Position numbers and translations under genes: made by a program. A stretch of DNA of 64,000 nt from Ptychomitrium polyphyllum (lineage: Eukaryota), in contig OZ316775.1 in the NCBI GenBank assembly GCA_973851085.1, positions 20,646,001 to 20,710,000 on the forward strand, given 5' to 3'. Below are positions 50,601-64,000 of the stretch, one piece after another. Within the stretch, counting starts at the first letter, position 1. Every line of letters starts with the position of its first letter. A model generated the notes under the pieces. That model worked only from the letters and a program-made list of their open reading frames with translations, was not told the DNA's origin and ran no database searches.

Positions 50601-51432
50601 TCTAAAGACAAGTGCACGGACAGCCTCAGGAGAACTAGAGTACCTTCCCGTCGCTGTGTTACCTAGCGCTTAAAGCACCAAAGGGGCTAATCGCCAAAGA
50701 CCTGGAAGCATTCCTGAAGAACGAACGTGGATCAGACTCCACATGCTTCTGTCTACCATCATTCTAAAAAATACTAAGAGGTACAGGAATTTGAAAGTCA
50801 CAAATGCCAAAGAGTAGTAAGATCCTACCACATAATTAATTACATAAAACACAATAGTGCACATTTGAAGAGCAACCAATATGCCTACCCAATCTTTACT
50901 ATACAACATTAAAAGAAAAAGGACTCAATCCCCATCCTGAAGATAAATCAAGTTACCCATCACTAAGACCTGTCGAGTCTTAAGTATTTAATCCCAAAAC
51001 AATGACTCATTCTGCACATAAGAACCAGAACAAGAAATCTCTCCACAATCCAAATACCAACACCACAAAACTCACACCATCATTACAATGCTCGACATAG
51101 GAAGTAGATAGACAGCAAAACGCATTGAGCGTGTTGTCTTACAATAATACAGAGTTTTATATTCTGTAGATATCGCCCTGAAACAACAGCAGAAGCCCAC
51201 CCTCGCCAGGCGCCATTGGTGGATTAGCAAGATCTTGCGACGAGCAGAGCCACGACAGAGAGTTTGAGATCAATAGCTGTAAATGTAGAACGAAAAGCAA
51301 AATTTTGTTTGTTCGTCCAATAGAAGCTGAAGACTCTAAATTACGAATAGCTTCCTACTTTCTACATATGCAGGAGACAACTAGATCTCTAAACAGGCAA
51401 CAATGTATACGCCAGTAGCTGGCATAACTGCA

Positions 51433-56595
<5,163 letters not shown>

Positions 56596-57842
56596 TGAAA
56601 CCCTCGAGAGAAATGCGACGAGGGTTACCTTACGCCATGGCCAGCTGCGGAGCACGCAACCCTAATAGACCTCACGATACAAAACGCTCGGCCCAACAAC
56701 GGGAAACATACACTCTCAGCGTCCGACACAATCTGCGTCTTCTTTAGATTTTGAAGACTTGAATGAAATTTTCAAGTAGATAGTCTTGGTTTTAGATGAC
56801 TAGCGGTTTTAGGTGAAACAGCGGTTTTAGGTGTGTATTCCTTGAGGTGGGTTGCACGGGTGCGAGAGTACGAGGCCGACAGATGAATGACGATATTTGG
56901 ATGATTTTTTCCAGGGGTAGAATTTCACGGATAACTGTGGATGAATTATGGTTATGTACTAGCTCAGTCTCACCAAGGAATCACAGTGTGGAAGCGCAAG
57001 AGACAAGGTCTATCCATTTTGTAGATTTCAGAGGCTCAGATGGAGTATTTAAGCAGACAGTTGGGTGTAGATGCAGTGGCGGTTTTAGGTATACATCCCT
57101 TTGCACAGCTGCTCCAAAAGGAAACAGACCGTCCAAGCTGGAGGGTGTACTGAATTTCAGAGGCTCAAGTGTGATACAGTTTTACGTTGATGATGGGATA
57201 ACCTCAATTTTCTGTCACAATTTTGTGCAATAAACTTTTTAGTTCAAATATACCTTTCTGATACAACTATGACACATGATAGTGCGACATTTGAATCCCT
57301 ACTTTGTTATATTGTAGAGGTAGTGTGGATTTATTTTATTTTATTTATATTTCACGTGCTGTAGGGTCCAAATCACATGGGAACTTGTGAAAAAAATTTG
57401 AGAACCAATTTTCAACAACATGATACCTTAATAATATGATATTTTTAAGTTTCCATATATTAAATTGAAGAGGAGAAATTAAAATCTTTGAAAGTTAAAC
57501 TTAAGAATAATCCTAAGATTCTTAAAAGTATAAGATTTTAAATATTTAAAAAACCTCACACAAATACTATATTAATTAAAAATGTACATACAATAAAAAA
57601 TCATTTATTTAACACATTAAATCCAAGAGTTCAATGGAGAAGAAATACAATTTTTAATCTAAATGGAATTAAGTTGTTCTAAAAGGAAATCCTTATATTT
57701 TTTAAAGTTTAAACCCTAGCTATAATTTATATATAATAGATTACTTCTTTAAGTGTCTTTTCTTGAAATAAAACATAAGATAGAGACAACAACTTTCAAA
57801 ATAATATCCTTTATGTTAAACAAGTAAGGTGGTCATTACACC

Positions 57843-57920
57843 TAAGACAACTATCACATCCGAAATAACTATCACATCTAAGACAACCATCATATTTAAG
57901 AGAACCATCACATCTAAGAC
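57843..57920. repeat. 18-bp tandem repeat, about 4 units
   Basis: taagacaactatcacatc and variants (cgaaataactatcacatc, taagacaaccatcatatt, taagagaaccatcacatc). Confidence 0.7.
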
Positions 57921-60900
57921 GTAATAATATTTAAGGCAAGTTTCTGTACATAGTTTTTATAAGTGCTAAATAAAATTATTTTGGATACAATAACGGTCTT
58001 GGATATAAAATCTTAGAACTAATATGTGCGTATACACAAACAAGACGAGACTATTAAGTTTTCTTTTGGTACTTTGTACAGAAAGATGAAATCATTGTCA
58101 CAATATCCGTCACTATAGCCCTCTGATATCCTGCGGCTTCTGATACCCGATCCTCCTGATACCCTGCATCGGTACCCGTCCGCTCTCGGAGTTGAAACCC
58201 TACAACTGTGCGCATTCTTCAACATCCTCCAGCGCTGCAGTGCAGAGACAAGACGGCGCCGTTGCTGGGGAAGGGTTGCTGCAGGGCTGCCGCAAGGGCT
58301 GCGGAGCCAGGGGCGGGCGCGGGGGCGGGGGGTGCAACATAGTGGGGTTGCCGCAGTGGTGAGAGTGCACTGGAGATGGCGCAGAGGTGTAGTGAGAGCC
58401 GCGAGTTGCAACAACATGAATAACTCTTGTGCCTGTGTAGACGCAGCTTGCAGGAGCATACCCTAGCAAGCAGCATCTCAACTCTAATCCATCTCCACCA
58501 ACCGCATCCCACAAAACCTCACCGTCCACCAAATTCTGCTCCTCGCTCCTGATAATCGCTGTTCTCTCCTTTTCACAAACCTCACAGCGATCTCCACCAG
58601 ACGTGACGTTTGTTGGGGGGGAAGGATGGTGTCGGTAGCGATGGAGGATGTTCATGCCTGGATTGGTGTTGGTAATGCTGAAACCCGGCAGATTTTTTTC
58701 TCGGTATGAAGGTAGGTGCCATTGCGGGGTTTGGGGCTTGATCAGAATAAGGTGACCTTTCTTTTTCCATCTGAAAAGATCTGTTGGTTTGACTTGATTT
58801 AATTTTTCGAAATTGTTTCTGGTGATATGAGGATTCAAGTGATTAGATTTGGACTTCAAGGTTATGTGTGAAAATGGATTTCTGGTATATTTCTTAGAAA
58901 TGAAAGGCTGGTGTAATTGAGGCGGTGTAATTGTAGACGTTGTCAAGCTTTATGCTGTCTGGTGGGAGGTCTGGTTTGTGGCAGGCTTTTCCATGGTTTC
59001 TTGGTATGGGCAACTTTTGATAGCATAGAGAGACCACTAGATGTGTTTAGATTAGCATGTGTTGACGGCAGTAAGCATGATGAGGATATTTGATGTTCGT
59101 TACAGCGTGCATGGTGGAAGTTGTGCAATGAGCACAGACGGGAGTCAAATACGGCGGAGATCATTGCGTCGGTATTTCTCTAGCCATGGGAAGTTTTACT
59201 CGATGCAATCAAATCAGAAATCAAATATTCAGTTCACTGCAAGAATCAAACACCAGAGAAGAGTGCGTGCTCAGAACAGACAGTAGATGAGTGCCTCTTC
59301 GTCTCTTCAGAGCGCAAGGACACATGTGGAGAACCTCATGTGGGAACATATTTATTAACACCATGTATTCTCATAGGCTGTGCAAGTTCTAGTCTAAAGT
59401 GTCAGATGAGTAAAGTCATTACAAGCTGCTACGTGCTGGAATGAGGCAGACGCTCAGAAGAAAACATAACAAACAAGCATCTGTTGCAAATTTCTGGATC
59501 AGCTGTCAAAATCAAAATAAGGATCACACTGGAGTGCATGATCAAAATAAAACAGTGCAAGTTTTCTCAGAGAATGAAAAGCCGACCACCGCAAGTACAT
59601 ATGTTAAGATACCTCATGCTGAAATCTTAGCCGCGTTAGAGTAAGCCTCTTCCATCACAGCTGCTCAATCCTGGTCGCAAGAGTATGAATTCACAAACGC
59701 TTAATCCCAAACCTCACAAAACGAAGATGAGTGAGAGAGCTTCCAACGTCTAAATTCTACGTGACTGATTTGTGGCGATGAAAAGTAGGAAAAAGAGAAA
59801 GAAACGGTTTGTGGCGACAGTAGACGGGGGTGCATTAGGGAGCAGTGAGGGCGTTGCGAGGGGAATGAGTGCGAAAGGCGCAATACTAACAACTCTCATC
59901 CATTGTGCTTCATTGCAATACAACGGGCTCTGTTCTTATAAAAAGGTATAAAAGGAAATGGATGGTGCACCAAAGAACATAATTTCTAATAAATATTCAA
60001 CTTAATGGAGTCTGAATTTTTAAAACAACAAAAGCATCGAACTACTAATATATGACAGCTTTACATGTCAGCCTAAGTAAAACGAAACACCTATTTGCAT
60101 CGCACTGTTTACTAAAATAAATTTAAATACAAGTACAAGTACTTTTCTTTAAATAGCGTTTAGGTTTCATTCTAAATCCAATAATGTATATGCTAGATGC
60201 TACATGTTGTATGTATCGATACGTAGGTTTCTTTTGTAGTTATAAGTGTAGAAAAGAAAGATGCTTCACTTACAGAGGCTCATCGAACGCCAGAGCTTTT
60301 CTACAGTAATAACATCTGCATGAAAAAAGGGTTATGATCCGATTAATAAAATCTGCATGAAATAAACCCCAATTAGTGACAGTCTTGTCAACCCCTGACC
60401 ACCACCCACCGTATTTCTTCCATTGAAATTTGATTGCCATACAGAAATGCCTACAAACTGCCTAACCATAGAACATCCTCAGTCATTGAGAACTCAGGCA
60501 AGACGGAGACAACATCCAAGAGAAGAATTCATCGTCAGTTGATAAGGAGTCAAATGCTCCATCTTCTTTACTTAAGGACACAGTGAGCCGCCAATATTTG
60601 AGCTGAATCTCATTAAGTGCACTGATACAAACAGGGTGGAGAAACGCTTTGCTCCGAAAATCTGCCCCCTATCACTACATCCATAATACAATGTTTCGGA
60701 GAAACGGGTACGCTACTCCAAGTCTTGTCAGCAAATTGTTCCTCTCCAGCATGGCTCTTCCTGCCCTACCATGCAACCAACGCATTGTTTCTATCAGAGC
60801 CGAAATAGGTTCTCACCAATAGCACGTCAGAATGCTGCCTGTAAAACAGTTCCCTTCAAAGCTCTTGCTAAAGAGCAACTTCTGACACTAGGACAAGGAT

Positions 60901-61410
60901 TCAAGAAAACCAGAGACCTTGTTCTTCACCAGAGTTGTTCACAAACTTGACCCTTTTCTTGCCCCAAATCGCTCAGTTGATCTCACTTCCTTCACCACTC
61001 ACTTATGGTGATGATTAGAGCACATATCTCAACAGAGACAAGATTTTACCCAACTTTGACAAATTCAGAATATGAAGTTGAAGTGCTCACTCACTGACTC
61101 ATAGCTTGAGAACACCGATAGAGTACTCAAGTACTTTTAAAACATCACGTTCGCAGAACCGACAGGCCATGCGAAGGTTTCAAGGATGGCACATAAAGGT
61201 TTCGATCGTCTACATCAGGCGAAATATAGGGCAACTCAAAATCCTGCACTTACGCAAGACCTGGAACTACATGAAGACTAATGAGATGGTAACAAATATG
61301 CAGCACATGGAGAAGCGTAATCCAAGGGTGCAAGCGAATCGAAAAGATAACATCGGGACTCACCATCAGGGGTGCGGCGAATACTCTACACGAAAGACAA
61401 CACCGCATGT

Positions 61411-61692
61411 TCATTTCTTGCCGAAGAAGTTAAATCCAGCCTTCTTGGGAGCAGGCGCGGCAGCGGCAGCGGCCTTCTTCCCAGCAGGGTCAGCCTTGCC
61501 GTTGCTCTTGCCGCCGTCGACTTTGGCAAGCACATCGTCAGTCTCCCGCAAGGAGTCCTTGTCGAGCGCATTTCGGAACCAGTCCAGAAAGCCCTCCTTC
61601 TCGCCCCTGTTGGTCGCTGAGGCGCGGCACACAAGCGACGCGTTCCGGGGAACCGTGACAGCCATGGAGGCCACGCCCATCGCCATCGCCAT
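61411..61692 (-). CDS. TSP9: Thylakoid soluble phosphoprotein TSP9-like, 93 aa, intronless
   Basis: Transit peptide ending VCRA, then EKEGFLDWF...LRETDDVLAKV and C-terminal GFNFFGKK. This matches the TSP9 family pattern (EK-G-FDW / ETD-IL-KV / F..KK). Confidence 0.8.
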   Translation of the reverse strand: MAMAMGVASMAVTVPRNASLVCRASATNRGEKEGFLDWFRNALDKDSLRETDDVLAKVDGGKSNGKADPAGKKAAAAAAPAPKKAGFNFFGKK

Positions 61693-62199
61693 TGTGCAAG
61701 TGAGATAATTAGTGGGGCTAGGATCGAGCAGCTGAGCAATTGCAAGATCGAGGAGGTGCGGGATTGAGGAACTGCGAGCAACAGGGCGTGAAGTGATAGT
61801 GATCCAGTTGCGTGTGGATCGCAACCAAAAGGGCGGCCTTTGGATGGCAGACGTGTGGGGGCCTGGCTCTCACCACACACTCGCCACCCTGGTCTCCCTG
61901 CACGGATAGAGTATCTCTGGCACAACCCCACCCCCACTTTCGCTTTCGCCTCCCACTGCACAACCCTTGGATGATGTATGTGTTCATTCATCCGAGTCCA
62001 TCCAGCTCTCCCGCGCAATCACTGGCATCGCAAATCCCAGAGCTTCGGCAACAATAATCGCATGCTGGGCTTGTTGCCTGCATTTGCAATTGTGCTGCCG
62101 GTGAAGGACATGCACTCGGAGTACTGGGTGTCTTCGTGTTCTGTTATCTCCAGCACAGGAACAGAGCAACATCCTCTCAGAAGCCCGTTGAACAGTCGA

Positions 62200-63200
62200 C
62201 TTTTCGTCTCACTCCTAATACCAATTCCCGCTCTCACACCTTCAAGGCTGATATTACCAAAAATTCCAACGACAGGGATCTCCTCTCCAGTGGTGCATTT
62301 GGAGATGTATTCAAGCGAATCCCGGCCTCAGGAGCTCGACTGGTTGCGATGAAGCACATCCGACGCAACAAGGGATATGGCCATGCGAGCTTCGTGACCG
62401 AGGGCCAACGGCTTGCGGTACATCCGCCATCGCAATCTCCTCCAACTGCGAGGGTGGTGTGAGGCCAAGGAAGGCTTGTTCCTAGTATACATCTTCATGA
62501 GCAACGGCAGCCTGGACAAACTGGCTCCGCCCGAACCCCAACCCGAATCCATTATCTTGGAATGTGCGGCGGTCCATTCTGGCAGGAGTAGCGCCACGGC
62601 TGGAGTATCTGCAAGAGGGATGGGAGAGATGCGTGCTGCACAGGGACATCAAGTCCAGCAACATGATGCTGGATGCGGATACCAACGCGTACTTGGGCGA
62701 CGTCGGGCTGGCCCGCCTCGTGGACCACCGGACGATGCAGAAAACCACGATGCTAGCAGGGAAAGCATTGGCCTAGATGGCCCCGAAAAGGCAACGGTGA
62801 ACTCGGCGTGTTTGTCTTCGGAGTGTCGGTGCTGGAAGTGATATGTGCGAGACCCCTCGTGGATCTCGTGGGCGGGAATGAAATGGAGAACTTCCTGAGC
62901 TGGAGAGAGCATGGTGTGCTCATGAAGCTCGTAACATCGTAGATATGGCGAATCCAAGGCTTGTTGATGATCACAACAGCATGGATCATATGATTTTGGA
63001 GGAGTCCGCCTCACAACGATGTGTAACACTCACAACGATGGATCAATTGAAGGGAACCAGTCCACGACGGCCATATTCTTGCACTTGGGGCTTTTGTGCT
63101 GTCTGCAAAATCCCAGTGGCTGGTGGGAACGATACAGTTGCCTTTCATACTTGCAAACAAACCTGAAAGCTTTCAGTGAGAGAATGGTGTCACTGCTGTT
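62200..63200 (+). pseudogene. L-type lectin receptor-like kinase (LecRK) kinase-domain pseudogene
   Basis: Split over three frames: LLSSGAFGDVFK...[19 protein letters not shown]...[33 protein letters not shown]...[12 protein letters not shown]...TTMLAG. No lectin ectodomain visible. Confidence 0.85.
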
Positions 63201-64000
63201 ACTTTCTGAATGCAATTCTGGAGCTTCACACACTGAGCCGAAGATCTCATGCCAAATGGAGTGTCTGGAATTGTATAATAGAGCAATTCTGGTGCAGGCT
63301 TCGCCCCTAATGGATACTACATTGCGTTTGAAACGCAGACACCTTGTGTGTGTGTGTTGTGTGTGTAATCTAGCAGTGGTGGCAGTCGACCTTTAGTGCA
63401 TGGAGAGTTTATTCATTCAAACAGTTCGTTATTAATGATTTATTGCTTAAAAGTATTGTAAAACACTTGAGCGCATTTTTCCTTTAATAATACAATTCAA
63501 AAAAATGAAAGGAAAGAAGCCAAATTTATTACAACCTTGTTTTTAAAGGTCATATGTCTAGAGTATACATGTGTGGATGACAAGAAAGTTCCATTTAAAA
63601 TAGGTATATCAAAAATTTGGCTACACTATAATATGTTGTGTTAAGCTCCTAGTATTTATCCAAAAATCAAAAAAAGTTTTGCTTATACTTTAAGTGCATT
63701 AGACATTAAGCAACATTAAAACTTCTATTGCCATTTTATTAAGGAGATTTTGTTATTGAAGTAATAATAGGTGATTTTAATGTATTATTTATTTATTTAT
63801 TTATTTAAATTATGTTTTTATTTGCTAATGCGAAAAATGTGGAATTTGAAATAAAGAAGGTGCCATATATTATTACCCTATATCCTAAAAGATAAAGGTG
63901 TTGATAGTGATGATTCCAAATTTGTACACTTTTAAATGGTAAAATATGATAATACTTGCATTAAAAGATATATTTCTAATAATAAAATCTTATGTAACTT

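Noticed and set aside
61106..62018. 200-aa (+) and 210-aa (-) ORFs overlapping TSP9
   Set aside because: Shadow frames. Only the 93-aa frame matches a known family.

Overview
Eukaryotic nuclear DNA from a land plant, most likely a moss: it has intron-rich housekeeping genes, a PLS-DYW PPR protein resembling the moss PPR_71/PPR_91 type, TSP9, and AT-rich transposon-derived spacers. Host genes in order: tRNA-Pro(CGG) (-), exosome subunit RRP45 (-), a head-to-head DYW-type PPR RNA-editing factor (+), VPS15 (-), a 9-exon lipoxygenase (+), a RibF-like FAD synthetase (-), PRP4 kinase (-) and TSP9 (-). Three protein-kinase pseudogenes and several TE relics lie between them. The stand-out is a decayed Ty3/gypsy-like retroelement at about 1.5-5.5 kb. 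Its polyprotein reads gag, zinc knuckle, aspartic protease, C5 cytosine DNA methyltransferase (motifs I, IV, V, VI, VIII, IX and X readable, DNMT3-like spacing), integrase tail and PHD finger, with RT, RNase H and the integrase core missing. An integrase-core relic that may belong to the same family lies at about 32.4 kb. All calls come from manual reading and translation; no database searches were run and exon boundaries are inferred.
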